Shown: positions 27,732 through 37,816, counted from the stretch's first letter. The stretch is 64,000 nt of DNA from Acidobacteriota bacterium (GCA_035471925.1 DATIPO010000059.1:21003-85002), one strand, 5' to 3'. The notes: generated from the sequence alone by a model not told the origin. A program made the numbers and translations.

Positions 27732-28934
27732 ATGTTCTTTACTTTAGAAGCCGTGAAGGCCAAGCACGGAGACAGTCTTCTTGTTCACCTCGGGACGCAG
27801 GGCGATCGCCGTCTGCTGATTATCGACGGAGGTCCGTCAGGAGTTTACGAAGACTTCCTCAAACCCCGCCTGCAAAAACTCAGCGGGGGAAAGGCGGGTC
27901 TGCCGGTACGCATGTTGATGGTCAGCCACATCGACGACGACCACATCAACGGCGTCCTGGACATGACCGCCGAGTTGGAGCAGCAACGCCAAGACCAGGA
28001 AGAGCTGTCGTACGACATCCGTACCCTGTGGCACAACAGCTTCAACGACATCATGGGCGATGAGGCCGACGAAGTGCTCAAGAGCTTTCAGGACGAGGTC
28101 GGCCCCGTGGACACCGCCTCGCTGGAAGGAGAAGTCGAGTTCACGGGCCCCATCAGCAAGGGTACGGCGTTGGTGCTGGCCAGCGTCCCCCAAGGACGTA
28201 CCTTGCGCAATCGTTGCGAGGCCCTGGGACTCTCCGTCAACAAGCCCTTCCGCGGACTGGTGTTGTCTCTCGACAAGGGAGAAGCTATCGATCCGCCTTT
28301 GGCGCCACAAGTCGAAACCATCGTCGTAGGCCCCAGCATCAAGCGGGTCAAGGAATTCCGCGAGGAGTGGGACAAGATCCTCAAGGAAAAGGACTTGGCT
28401 CAGGACCCCGACGAAGTGGCGACCGCGGCCTATGAGGACAAATCGCCCTTCAACCTGGCCAGCATCGTGGTGCTGATGCGCTGCCAGGGCAAGAGCATGC
28501 TGTTGACGGGGGACGCCCGGGGCGACGACATCCTGGCTGGCCTCTCGCGCAACAAGCTGCTCGACGGCGAAGGACGCCTGCACGTCGACATCCTCAAGCT
28601 GCCCCACCACGGCAGCGACCGCAACGTGGAGACCAACTTTTTCCGCTCCATCACCGCCGACCATTACGTCGTGTCGGGCGACGGCCGCCATCACAATCCT
28701 GAAATCGCAACCTTCGAGATGCTCTTCTCAGCCCGCCGCGACGATGACCGCCCCTTCACCATCCACATGACCTACGCCCCGGATGATCTGAAGATCAACA
28801 GCAAGAAGGCCTTTCCGGTCAAGAAACTGAAGGAAGTCTTCCGCCGCGAGAAGGAAGCAGGTCGGGACTTTACGCTCGTCCATCCCGCTGGAGAGAAGTC
28901 GCTTAAGGTCAACCTTCTGGACGCCATCCCCTGA
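27732..28934 (+). CDS. MBL-fold (ComEC-type metallo-beta-lactamase-like) hydrolase
   Basis: LIIDGGP, MVSHIDDDHINGV (HxHxDH-like), LLTGDARGDD, LKLPHHGSDRN, YVVSGDGRHHNP. Shine-Dalgarno sequence GAAGGAG at 27717-27723. The listed start is TTG 27708. Confidence 0.7.
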   Translation: MFFTLEAVKAKHGDSLLVHLGTQGDRRLLIIDGGPSGVYEDFLKPRLQKLSGGKAGLPVRMLMVSHIDDDHINGVLDMTAELEQQRQDQEELSYDIRTLWHNSFNDIMGDEADEVLKSFQDEVGPVDTASLEGEVEFTGPISKGTALVLASVPQGRTLRNRCEALGLSVNKPFRGLVLSLDKGEAIDPPLAPQVETIVVGPSIKRVKEFREEWDKILKEKDLAQDPDEVATAAYEDKSPFNLASIVVLMRCQGKSMLLTGDARGDDILAGLSRNKLLDGEGRLHVDILKLPHHGSDRNVETNFFRSITADHYVVSGDGRHHNPEIATFEMLFSARRDDDRPFTIHMTYAPDDLKINSKKAFPVKKLKEVFRREKEAGRDFTLVHPAGEKSLKVNLLDAIP

Positions 28935-29571
28935 GCACGAGCAACCCGATCACCATCAGCGCCGGCAGGAAAAGCAGGTAATTGTAGCTGCTGGAGGCAG
29001 ATTCGATCTGCCAATCAGGGGCAGGCCATCCGCCTGTTTTGCCGGCCTTAGCGGAAGGTTGGGTCAAAAGAAATCGGTTGTTGGCGGCGTCAAGCAGGGC
29101 GGCCCTTTCCTGTCCCTCGGCATCGACTGCGGTGACGTGCAGGCGGTAGCCGCGGGGAAAGTCATTCAGCAGCGGCACCTCAAGGACCAAAGGGCTGCCT
29201 GGGGCGGCGTCAATTGAAAAGCGATAGACCGCGTGGCGCCTGTCGTCGCTGGAGACCGCGCGAACCGACTCCAAGCGCAGCGGTGGCGGGGGAGGGTCCG
29301 ATTGGCGGGACTCCAGCCGGATCAGGTCGTAGGCCAGCTTGCGCAATTGCCCCTCGGAGAGGTCGGCATCCTTCTCAGCAGAGCCGGAGGGCAGAGCTTG
29401 GCGGGCGGCTAGCGCCAAGCGCAAATCGTGCTGGGCGAGAGTCAACGTCAGGTCTATTCTGCCTGAGGGGGAGGAGACGGCTTCAAGGCTGCCCAGTCCG
29501 GGGTCATGTGCAATGCTCCAGGCTGAGGTCAGCAAGAAGAGGGTAAAGACGGAAAAAAGGCGTTGATGCAT
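28909..29571 (-). CDS. Hypothetical exported protein with a C-terminal TM anchor
   Basis: Signal peptide MHQRLFSVFTLFLLTSAWSIA followed by HDPG, and a C-terminal helix YLLFLPALMVIGLLVL. It is the last gene of the TPR-DUF4331 operon. ATG 29571 is preferred. Confidence 0.5.
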   Translation of the reverse strand: MHQRLFSVFTLFLLTSAWSIAHDPGLGSLEAVSSPSGRIDLTLTLAQHDLRLALAARQALPSGSAEKDADLSEGQLRKLAYDLIRLESRQSDPPPPPLRLESVRAVSSDDRRHAVYRFSIDAAPGSPLVLEVPLLNDFPRGYRLHVTAVDAEGQERAALLDAANNRFLLTQPSAKAGKTGGWPAPDWQIESASSSYNYLLFLPALMVIGLLVLRGWRPEG

Positions 29572-29714
29572 GAATGTTCCTTTCCGGAGTCGAAGGGCGC
29601 GGATCGGCTCCCCTCCGCGATGGAGCCCGCGGAGGGGAGCCGGCGACCCGGTCAATCCGGGCCTGAAAGGGGCCGCCGAGGGGTTGACGGCGGACTCGCC
29701 CCTTTTTTCAAGGC

Positions 29715-31868
29715 TCAGTTCAAGGGAGACACCGGCAGAGTTGTGAACTCGCCGGCTTGCAGACCCAGTTCGAGCGCCGTGGCGGCCACTGAACCCCCCT
29801 CGACGCGGACGGCCAGCGTGCCTTCGAACCCGTCCAAGTCGGTGCCTTCGAAGAGCTCGGTGATGAAGCGCGAGAGCTGTCCCTGAGCGGCCAGATCCTC
29901 GACCATGGCGGAGGCCACCTGCTGCCCCTGGGCGTCGAGAAGGGTCAGGTTGAGGCTGACGGGAGAGGCTTCCACGTTGCGGACGGCCAAGCCGGTGTTG
30001 ATACCGTCTCGATTGCGTACGGGCACCGTGAAACGGCTCAGGGGAGAACTGGCCTGCACGCCTGCCACTCCAGCCGCCGGGTTGCGGAAGCGGATCACGC
30101 CTGCCAGCGGGTTGTCCGCTGTCACCTCGGCCGACCCCACGGCCAGGGAACCTTGACCGCTGGTGGCAATGGTCAGCGATCCCAGGGCGGGAATCATGAA
30201 CTCGACTTGGCTGGCGGGGCCTGCCGACTGGAGCAAGAGCTGTCCGCTGCCGCCGCCGTCCTCGATGCCGACCTCAAGAGGATTACCGGCTTGATCGCGG
30301 AAGGCCGCCACGCCGTTGACTTGGGCGGTGGTGGAGAGGTTGCTGAGCACGATCTCGCTGCTGAACATCTGTCCGTTGCCGAACTGGGCGAAGAACAACC
30401 GCGTGTCGAGCGCGCCGTCGTGGTGGTCGTGATTGCGTCCGTTGAGGGGAGTGGCAGCGTAGGGAAAGACTTTGTTGTAGCTGATGTCGTTGGAGTCCAC
30501 TGAATCGCCAGCGGGTCCGCGGACGGTCAGCGGATCGGTCCTCAGATCGCTGATCAGGGCCGTGACGGCGATGTCGATGACATCGTCTCCGAAGCGCCGT
30601 CCGTTGGGCCAGCCGCCCGGAATCGTGCCCTGGGGAAATCCCGGCAGTCCGGGCTGTACTTGGCTGGTCAGGGCGTCGCCTCCGAAGACGCTGAGCCGTG
30701 AGAAACCTTCGTCATCGGGCGGACCCGCCAAACGGGCTGGACCGGTGGAGAGGTCGACCTTGATCAAGTCGGGAATGAAGATGGCGGCGATGTCGGTCCG
30801 TCCGCTTTCGGGGGCCGGGCCATTGCCGGCGAAGACGATGGCATTGATGAGTGCCGCCAGTTCAGGATTCAGAGCATACTGCTGGAAGAGCTCCGCATCG
30901 CGCTCTGGAGTCGTACGGTTGTAGAGGTCCTTGTCCTGAAGTGCCACCAGGGCTTCGCAAAAGAGCGGGTTGCCTTGGCGTCCCACTTGGACGAAATCGC
31001 CGTCGAAGACCGGCGCTCCTCCTTCGAGGGGCAGGATCGTCAGCGTCCGGCGGCTGGTGGTGGCATAAGCGCCGGCCACCTGTTGGCCGCCGCCCAGCGC
31101 CGATAGCGGGATGTCCAGAGCGATGGTGTGGACATTGTACCCGCCTTGGGAATCAAAAGGACCTTGGGCGCCGCGCAGTTGCAGCAGATCGAAGACGGCT
31201 TGGATGTCGCCGTAGAATCCGTCGTCGCGCTGGCCCGCGAAGGCCCGGTGCCCGTCGCTCAACTGGCAAATCGTCTGCTGAGTGTAGCGGTCGAGTTCAG
31301 CGGACGTCCCAACCCCTGCTTTGGCCGGATTCTCGCCGTTGTCGGCGCGGTTGTAGAAGGGAGTGGCGATGCCCTGGTTGTTGGGCGGCACCACGCAGTC
31401 TCCCAACTCGCGCTGCATGTCGGTGCGGTGGTCGACCTGAGTCACGGTGTAGCGCTGGGTCAGGTTCTGGGCTGTATCGTCCACGTCCTGCACGACGCCC
31501 AGGTAGCTCTGCAAGATGGTGCCCTGGTTCTTGAAGGTGGTTTGGAAGCGGAACTGGTAGGTCAGCGTGGCGCGTCCGGCGGCCACGTCGTCACCCAAGG
31601 AAACGTGCAGCTCGTAAAGCACGTTGTCGTCGAAGTTGTACTTGTTGGGGCCGATGCCGGGTTCCTCAAAGGGATAGACGGACAGGGCCGTTGTCAGATA
31701 TTGCGTGGAGCCGTCGCTGCTTCGGAAAGCGTAGACGTCGGTCGTATTAGCGGCGTCGTCGAGGGTGATCAGCGGGGCGTCCATGTGGCTTGAGGCCAGC
31801 AAGGTGGCGCTGCAAAGCGATGCCGCCAGCATAGCTAGAATGAAGATCGGATTTCGGTCTTTTCGCAT
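29715..31868 (-). CDS. DUF4331-family secreted protein with the C-terminal tandem module
   Basis: Signal peptide, then SSHMDAPLITLDDAANTTDVYAF (DUF4331-like N-terminus, recalled from memory). The last 229 aa (29718..30404) are the shared module. Confidence 0.7.
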   Translation of the reverse strand: MRKDRNPIFILAMLAASLCSATLLASSHMDAPLITLDDAANTTDVYAFRSSDGSTQYLTTALSVYPFEEPGIGPNKYNFDDNVLYELHVSLGDDVAAGRATLTYQFRFQTTFKNQGTILQSYLGVVQDVDDTAQNLTQRYTVTQVDHRTDMQRELGDCVVPPNNQGIATPFYNRADNGENPAKAGVGTSAELDRYTQQTICQLSDGHRAFAGQRDDGFYGDIQAVFDLLQLRGAQGPFDSQGGYNVHTIALDIPLSALGGGQQVAGAYATTSRRTLTILPLEGGAPVFDGDFVQVGRQGNPLFCEALVALQDKDLYNRTTPERDAELFQQYALNPELAALINAIVFAGNGPAPESGRTDIAAIFIPDLIKVDLSTGPARLAGPPDDEGFSRLSVFGGDALTSQVQPGLPGFPQGTIPGGWPNGRRFGDDVIDIAVTALISDLRTDPLTVRGPAGDSVDSNDISYNKVFPYAATPLNGRNHDHHDGALDTRLFFAQFGNGQMFSSEIVLSNLSTTAQVNGVAAFRDQAGNPLEVGIEDGGGSGQLLLQSAGPASQVEFMIPALGSLTIATSGQGSLAVGSAEVTADNPLAGVIRFRNPAAGVAGVQASSPLSRFTVPVRNRDGINTGLAVRNVEASPVSLNLTLLDAQGQQVASAMVEDLAAQGQLSRFITELFEGTDLDGFEGTLAVRVEGGSVAATALELGLQAGEFTTLPVSPLN

Positions 31869-31915
31869 AAGTTCTCCTGTGAGATTTCAATGAAGTCGTA
31901 GACACTTAAGGGCTT

Positions 31916-33250
31916 TTAGGGGTGTTGCGGACTGGGGGCCGAGTCCAGCAGTGCGGCTTCGGACGGAAGCAGCGTCTGCCGCATGTTCTCGGCCCGCGCC
32001 AGGAAGCGTGAGGCCTCTTGGTGGTCACCCGCCCGTGTGGAGATCAGGCCCGCGTGAAGATAAAGGCGGGCGTCGGGGGTATCGAGGGCGAGGGCTTTCT
32101 GCATGGCGTCCCGGGCTTCTCGAAAGCGCCCCGCGGAATGGAGGGCCCAGGCCAAGGCGTCGTGTGTAAACACGTCCTGCCTGAGCTCCAGCTCTCGGCG
32201 AGCCAACCTTAGGGCCTCATCGGGTGATCGGCTTTGGCGGGTGGCCAGGAAGAGGGCTGCCGTACGGGGGTCGTCAGCGGGACCCTTTTCGCTCAGCTCG
32301 ACCTCTAACTCGCGGGCTTGGCCGTCCCGTCCCAGAAGGCGGAGGGTATCGGCCAGGACCCAGAGGTACTCGGGGAGGGGATTCAGCCGTGCGGCTTCTT
32401 GCAAGGCCGGCAGCGCTGCTTGAGGATCGCCCTGGGCCAAGTGGATGCGTCCGCGCATCAGCAGTGCCGGGGCGTACCCTGGGTGTAGTTGTTCGGCGCT
32501 CTCCACCGCGTTCAGGGAAGCCCGGATCCGACCAGCCTGAAGCTGATACCAGGCCAGCCGGGAAAAGGCCCAAGCGGCCGCCTCGGAGTCCCGGTTTCCC
32601 GCCGCAGCCGCAGCAGTCATCAGTTCCACGGCCCCCTCCAGATCTCCCTTAAGCCAGCGGACGTGGGCGGCCCGCATGTAGGCCTTGGGCCCCGGCTTCA
32701 GGTCGAGCATGCGCTGGTAGGCCCGGGCCGCCTCCTCGATCTTGCCCTGCTCTTGCAGCACGTCTCCCAGCAGTCCGAAGTCGTAGGGCAAGCCGCGCAC
32801 CTCAACCAGGCGCCGGGCCACTTCCTCGGCTTCAGGGAACTGATGGAGACTGTGCAGGACATGCCCCCGCAGCAGCATGGCGGGAGGGTGCTCCGGGGCG
32901 TCCGCTGCCTGCTGCAAGCACTGAGCGCAGGCCTGGGCCTGAGTGTAGAAGCCGGGATCGTAGGCCGTGCGCGCCTTGGAGACGAAGAGCCAACCCAAGC
33001 GCTCCAAACGGCGCAACGGCCTGGGCGTGGTGGCAATGGACTCCTGCGCTTTTCGGATCTGCCCGTCGAGATCTCCGGAACCTCCAGGAGGCAACAGGGC
33101 CAGTTGGCAGGCTTGAGATTCGGGCAATGAGAATGCGGCCGTCTCGCCGGAAGCCTGCGGGGCGCAGCCCACAGCCACCGAGAGTCCGAGCAGGAGGAAG
33201 GGAATCAGGAAGCAGTGCGGGTGGGAAGCAGTTTCTTTTGTCATATTCAC
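31916..33250 (-). CDS. TPR-repeat lipoprotein
   Basis: Lipobox LLGLSVAVGC, with multiple TPR-like A..Y...L...P......A repeats. Confidence 0.8.
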   Translation of the reverse strand: MNMTKETASHPHCFLIPFLLLGLSVAVGCAPQASGETAAFSLPESQACQLALLPPGGSGDLDGQIRKAQESIATTPRPLRRLERLGWLFVSKARTAYDPGFYTQAQACAQCLQQAADAPEHPPAMLLRGHVLHSLHQFPEAEEVARRLVEVRGLPYDFGLLGDVLQEQGKIEEAARAYQRMLDLKPGPKAYMRAAHVRWLKGDLEGAVELMTAAAAAGNRDSEAAAWAFSRLAWYQLQAGRIRASLNAVESAEQLHPGYAPALLMRGRIHLAQGDPQAALPALQEAARLNPLPEYLWVLADTLRLLGRDGQARELEVELSEKGPADDPRTAALFLATRQSRSPDEALRLARRELELRQDVFTHDALAWALHSAGRFREARDAMQKALALDTPDARLYLHAGLISTRAGDHQEASRFLARAENMRQTLLPSEAALLDSAPSPQHP

Positions 33251-33316
33251 CTACCCAGTTCGCAAGCGGAGGCGATTTGGATGCAGGGAAAAGAATTTCT
33301 TCTGCTATGCTTTGCC

Positions 33317-33345
33317 GGAACCTTGATGTGACGCACACCCGGTCG
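33317..33345 (+). promoter_or_regulatory. Possible ECF-type promoter GGAACC-N17-CGGTCG upstream of the sigma factor gene
   Basis: Resembles the generic ECF GGAAC/CGT architecture. It lies about 55 nt before ATG 33398. Confidence 0.3.
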
Positions 33346-33397
33346 GCTGCGGTGAAATTCCGTCCCGTGAGCCCGGAAGGTCCCGCGCAGGAAGGCA

Positions 33398-33943
33398 ATG
33401 AGCGACGTTTTGCAGCAGATCGCCAATGGAAAGGCTTCGGCGGTCGAGGATTGCCTCGACCTCTACGGAGGATTGGTGTGGAGCATCGCCCGCCGCTTCT
33501 CCTCTACAGCGGCTCAAGCTGAAGAAGCCGTACAGGAGATTTTCCTCCACTTGTGGCAACAGGCCTCGCGTTTCGACCCCGGCAAGGGTTCCGAGAAAGC
33601 CTTCGTGGCCATGGTGGCCCGGCGGCGCATGATCGACGAACTCAGACGTCTCGAAAACCGGCCCAGGGAACTTCCCCTGGAGAACCTGCCTGAAAATCCG
33701 ACCAGCCGCGCGGACCAAAGGCTGGAACGCAGCCTAGAGGCCCAACTGGCCAGCCGGGCTCTGGACGGCCTCAAACCCGATCAGCGGCGGGCCATCATCC
33801 TCTCGGTTTGCTACGGCTACACTCACGCCGAGATTTCGGAAGCCACCAGCACTCCCCTGGGGACTGTGAAGTCCTACATTTCACGGGGACTGAAAAAAGT
33901 GCGCGAATGCCTGTTGGAGGGAAAGGGGGCGGCCAGCCGATGA
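33398..33943 (+). CDS. ECF-type RNA polymerase sigma factor
   Basis: Region 2 EEAVQEIFLHLWQQASRFD...FVAMVARRRMIDELRR, and region 4 RRAIILSVCYGYTHAEISEATSTPLGTVKSYISRGLKKV. Confidence 0.85.
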   Translation: MSDVLQQIANGKASAVEDCLDLYGGLVWSIARRFSSTAAQAEEAVQEIFLHLWQQASRFDPGKGSEKAFVAMVARRRMIDELRRLENRPRELPLENLPENPTSRADQRLERSLEAQLASRALDGLKPDQRRAIILSVCYGYTHAEISEATSTPLGTVKSYISRGLKKVRECLLEGKGAASR

Positions 33944-34731
33944 GCATGAGACGACTGGAAGAATTGTTGATTCTCAGAGCTTCGCAGGGACTGTCGTTGG
34001 CCCAGCAGCGCGAGCTCGACGAGCTTCTGCGCGATGCCCCCGGGGAGTTCGACGCCCAGGAGTACGAGTACGCGGCCGCCGCCGTCGAAATGGCCTTCAA
34101 CGAGGGGCAGGAACTGCCTCCGTCGCTGCGCCGCAAAATCGCGGCCCAGGGTCAACGTGTCCTGGCACAGAAGCAAGAACCCGCTCGGGCCGCAGAGGCC
34201 TCCCCGCAGCCTCAGGAAGTCTCAAGTTGGGTGACCTGGGGCGGTTGGCTGGCTGCGGCCGTCGTGCTCTTGGCCTTTCTCTTGCTGTTTCAGGACCAGA
34301 TCTTTGAGGGAAGCCCCCAAGGGCGTGACTGGGCCGAACTGCGTCAGGAACTTCTCGACGAGGCCGGCGATGTCATCCTGGTCCCCTGGAGCGCCACCGA
34401 GGATGAGGCCTCTCTGCCGGAGGCCTCGGGCGACGTGGTGTGGAGCAATTCGCGTCAGGAGGGCTACATCCGCATCTCCGGCTTGCGACCCAACGATCCC
34501 TCCCGAAGCCAGTATCAGTTCTGGATCTTCGATCAACTTCGCGACCAGCGCTTTCCCGTCAGCGGAGGCGTCTTCGACATGCCCGCCCAACAAGACGAAA
34601 TCATCCTGCCCATCCGAAACTGGCTGAGGGTCTATCAGCCCGGGATGTTTGCTGTTACCGTCGAGCAGCCGGGGGGCGTTATGGTCTCTGACCGCTCGCG
34701 CATCGCCTTGTTGGCCCAGCGACAGCCCTAA
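33940..34731 (+). CDS. Anti-sigma factor (RskA-like C-terminal domain)
   Basis: ATG 33940 overlaps the sigma gene stop (ATGA). It has one TM helix (WLAAAVVLLAFLLLF). The C-terminus QYQFWIFDQ...PVSGGVFD...MFAVTVEQPGG resembles an anti-sigma-K domain. Confidence 0.7.
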   Translation: MSMRRLEELLILRASQGLSLAQQRELDELLRDAPGEFDAQEYEYAAAAVEMAFNEGQELPPSLRRKIAAQGQRVLAQKQEPARAAEASPQPQEVSSWVTWGGWLAAAVVLLAFLLLFQDQIFEGSPQGRDWAELRQELLDEAGDVILVPWSATEDEASLPEASGDVVWSNSRQEGYIRISGLRPNDPSRSQYQFWIFDQLRDQRFPVSGGVFDMPAQQDEIILPIRNWLRVYQPGMFAVTVEQPGGVMVSDRSRIALLAQRQP

Positions 34732-34938
34732 GGCCTCCCCGAACCCATGCTGAAACGTCTTGACGAGCGGCCTCATCTCAGCATCGTCTGCATTTGAAAT
34801 GGCGCAGAGGAACGGCTAGACTGCGACGCTGTGCCTGTGCTGGAACCTTGGAGCGAACCGCCAAGCCTGTTCAAGGCCGCTGGCAGGAATCGCGGCATAT
34901 AGAGAGATTCTTCTCGCAAAGAGCAATCGGAGTGAATC

Positions 34939-35991
34939 ATGGCCGAAAGAGTCGTCATTATCGGATCGGGTCCCGCCGGCTGGGCGGCCGCCATCTACGC
35001 AGCCCGCGCCGAACTGGAACCGCTGGTCTTCGAAGGAGCCCCTACCGAGGAGAACCGCCAAAAGGGTACGCTGCCGCTGGGCCAGTTGGCCTTGACCACG
35101 GAAGTAGAAAACTATCCCGGCTTTCCCTCCGGCAATTTAGAGGGGTACCTCGACGACTCCATCGATGAGGAGCGCCGCCAATACATGGCGCCCCACGAGA
35201 AAAAGGGCGTCTCCGGGCCTGAGTTGATGGAGTTGATGCGCCAGCAAGCCGCCAATTTCGGTACCCGCATCATCACCGACGACATCGTCAGGGTCGACCT
35301 CTCCCAGCGCCCTTTTAGGCTCGAGAGCCTGGAAGGCGAGAAAATTGAAGCCCAAGCCGTCATCGTGGCCACCGGCGCCCGCGCCAAGTACCTGGGTTTG
35401 GAGTCGGAACAGCGCTTCAAGAACAACGGCGTCTCGGCCTGCGCGGTCTGCGACGGGGCTCTTCCGCGCTTTCGCAACCATCCCTTGGTGGTGGTTGGAG
35501 GGGGCGACACCGCCATGGAGGAGGCGACCTTCTTGGGCAAGTTCGCCTCCAAGGTCTACGTCGTCCATCGCCGCGACGAGCTGAGAGCCAGCAAGATCAT
35601 GGCCGAACGGGCCCTTCAACATCCCAAGATCGAGATGAAGTGGGACGCGGTGGTCGAAGAGGTCCTGGGCAATGAAGAAGACGGCGTGCAAGCCGTGCGC
35701 ATCCGCAGCACCAAGAGCCCCAGCCAGACCGAGGAATTGGAAGCCTCGGGCCTGTTCCTGGCGATTGGACACATACCCAACACCGCCTTTCTGGACGACC
35801 AAGTGGAGACGAATGAGGTAGGCTACATCAGGTGGACCAAACCCTTCCGCACCGAAACTTCGGTGGAGGGTGTTTTCGCCGCTGGAGACGTGGCCGACGA
35901 CCACTACCGGCAAGCCGTGACGGCGGCGGGCACTGGCTGCATGGCGGCCCTCGACGCCGAACGCTGGCTGGCCGAGAAGGGACTCATCTGA
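34939..35991 (+). CDS. trxB: Thioredoxin-disulfide reductase
   Basis: [17 protein letters not shown], redox-active CAVCDG, NADPH site [12 protein letters not shown], and FAAGDVAD. Confidence 0.9.
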   Translation: MAERVVIIGSGPAGWAAAIYAARAELEPLVFEGAPTEENRQKGTLPLGQLALTTEVENYPGFPSGNLEGYLDDSIDEERRQYMAPHEKKGVSGPELMELMRQQAANFGTRIITDDIVRVDLSQRPFRLESLEGEKIEAQAVIVATGARAKYLGLESEQRFKNNGVSACAVCDGALPRFRNHPLVVVGGGDTAMEEATFLGKFASKVYVVHRRDELRASKIMAERALQHPKIEMKWDAVVEEVLGNEEDGVQAVRIRSTKSPSQTEELEASGLFLAIGHIPNTAFLDDQVETNEVGYIRWTKPFRTETSVEGVFAAGDVADDHYRQAVTAAGTGCMAALDAERWLAEKGLI

Positions 35992-36004
35992 TACGCCCTC
36001 TCGG

Positions 36005-37816
36005 GTGGAGGCCGATTTGGGTTTCGCCAACCTTCAAGACTATCTGCGCGAGGTCGACCGCCGAGGACTGCTGCGGCGGGTCCGGGCGCCCGTCGATCCT
36101 TACTTGGAGATCGCCGAGATCCATCGGCGGGTGATCGCGGCCGGAGGGCCGGTGCTCCTCTTCGAAAACGTCCAGGGAAGCTCCTTCCCTGTGGTGACCA
36201 ACCTCTTCGGTTCGCAAGAGCGCATCGACTTGGCTTTCGGAGAGGATCCCAAACGTTTCGTGGAGTTCGCTGCCCGCGCACCGGAGGAACTGCTCCCCCC
36301 TAAGGCCAGGGTGCTGTGGAAGCACCGTGGACTGCTGAAAAAAGGCCTGCACATCGGACTCAAGCGCCGCTCCGCCGGAGCCGTCACCCAATCCGTGCAG
36401 GACTCGCCCCGGCTCAGCCAACTGCCCCTGCTCACCTCCTGGATTGAAGACGGCGGCCCCTTCGTGACCTTGCCGCTGGTCTACACGGAAGATCCCGACA
36501 GCGGACAGCACAACCTGGGCATGTACCGCATCCAGCAGCATTCCGACTCCACCACGGGAATCCATTGGCAGATCGGCAAGGGCGGGGGCTTTCACTACCA
36601 CAAGGCCGAGGAGCGGGGGGAGCCGCTTCCGCTCACCCTCTTCATCGGAGGTCCTCCGGCGCTGATCCTGGCCGCCATCGCGCCGCTGCCCGAAAACGTC
36701 CCCGAACTGATGCTGGCCTCCCTGTTGCAGGGCAAGCGCCTGACGGTCACCGATTCGCCGCACGGACATCCGCATCCTCTGGTGGCCGAGGCCGAGTTCG
36801 CTCTACAAGGACACGTGCCGCCTCACGAGCGCCTCCCGGAGGGCCCCTTCGGAGACCACTACGGCTACTACTCGCTGCGCCACGACTACCCGGTCTTTCA
36901 CGTCGACAAGGTGTATCACCGAAAGGAAGCCATTTATCCGGCCACGGTAGTGGGCAAGCCGCGCCAAGAGGACTTCTACATCGGCGACTACCTGCAGGAC
37001 CTGCTCTCGCCGCTCTTCCCGCTGGTCATGCCGGGCGTGGTCGATCTGTGGAGCTACGGCGAAACCGGCTATCACGCTCTCAGCGCCGCCGTTCTGCGCG
37101 AACGATACGGACGCGAGGCCATGGCGTCGGCCTTCCGCATCCTGGGCGAAGGGCAGCTTTCGCTGACCAAGTTTCTGCTGGCTCTCGACCGTCCCATGGA
37201 CCTCAACAACTTCCCTGCGGTGCTGACCTACATTCTGGAGAGGGCCGACTTCAGCCGCGACCTCTACGTCTTCTCCAACCTCTCCATGGACACCCTCGAC
37301 TACAGCGGACCAGAAGTCAACAAAGGCAGCAAGGGAATCCTGCTGGGACTGGGAGAAAAGCGGCGCGAGCTGCCCGGATCCTTTTCAGGCAGCCTGCCGC
37401 GGGGAGTGCGGCGGGCTGAAACGTACATTCCCGGCTGCCTGGTCTTGGAAGGACAGCCCTATGACGTCGAACCCGGGCAAGCCCAGCGCCTGACCGAGTG
37501 GGACGACTTCAGTGATTTTCCGCTGCTTATTGTGGTCGACGACAGCCGCAAAACGGTTGCAACCCACCCTCGCTTCCTGTGGACGGTCTTCACCCGCTTC
37601 GAGCCCGCCGGAGACATCTGCTCGCGCAAGGTGTCCGTGCAACGCCATCATCTGGGTTATACGCCGCCCATCTGCATCGACGCCCGCATCAAGCCTCACT
37701 ATCCTGAGGAGCTCTTCTGCGATCCCGACACGGCCAAGACGGTAAGCCAACGCTGGGGAGAATACTTTCCAGAGGGCGGGGTAGAGATGGGCGACAGCGA
37801 CGTGGCCAACCTCTAA
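36005..37816 (+). CDS. UbiD-family (prenylated-FMN-dependent) decarboxylase
   Basis: N-terminus LQDYLREVDRRGLLRRVRAPVDPYLEIAEIHRRVIAAGGPVLLFENVQGS, plus length and architecture. The start is GTG. Confidence 0.85.
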   Translation: MEADLGFANLQDYLREVDRRGLLRRVRAPVDPYLEIAEIHRRVIAAGGPVLLFENVQGSSFPVVTNLFGSQERIDLAFGEDPKRFVEFAARAPEELLPPKARVLWKHRGLLKKGLHIGLKRRSAGAVTQSVQDSPRLSQLPLLTSWIEDGGPFVTLPLVYTEDPDSGQHNLGMYRIQQHSDSTTGIHWQIGKGGGFHYHKAEERGEPLPLTLFIGGPPALILAAIAPLPENVPELMLASLLQGKRLTVTDSPHGHPHPLVAEAEFALQGHVPPHERLPEGPFGDHYGYYSLRHDYPVFHVDKVYHRKEAIYPATVVGKPRQEDFYIGDYLQDLLSPLFPLVMPGVVDLWSYGETGYHALSAAVLRERYGREAMASAFRILGEGQLSLTKFLLALDRPMDLNNFPAVLTYILERADFSRDLYVFSNLSMDTLDYSGPEVNKGSKGILLGLGEKRRELPGSFSGSLPRGVRRAETYIPGCLVLEGQPYDVEPGQAQRLTEWDDFSDFPLLIVVDDSRKTVATHPRFLWTVFTRFEPAGDICSRKVSVQRHHLGYTPPICIDARIKPHYPEELFCDPDTAKTVSQRWGEYFPEGGVEMGDSDVANL

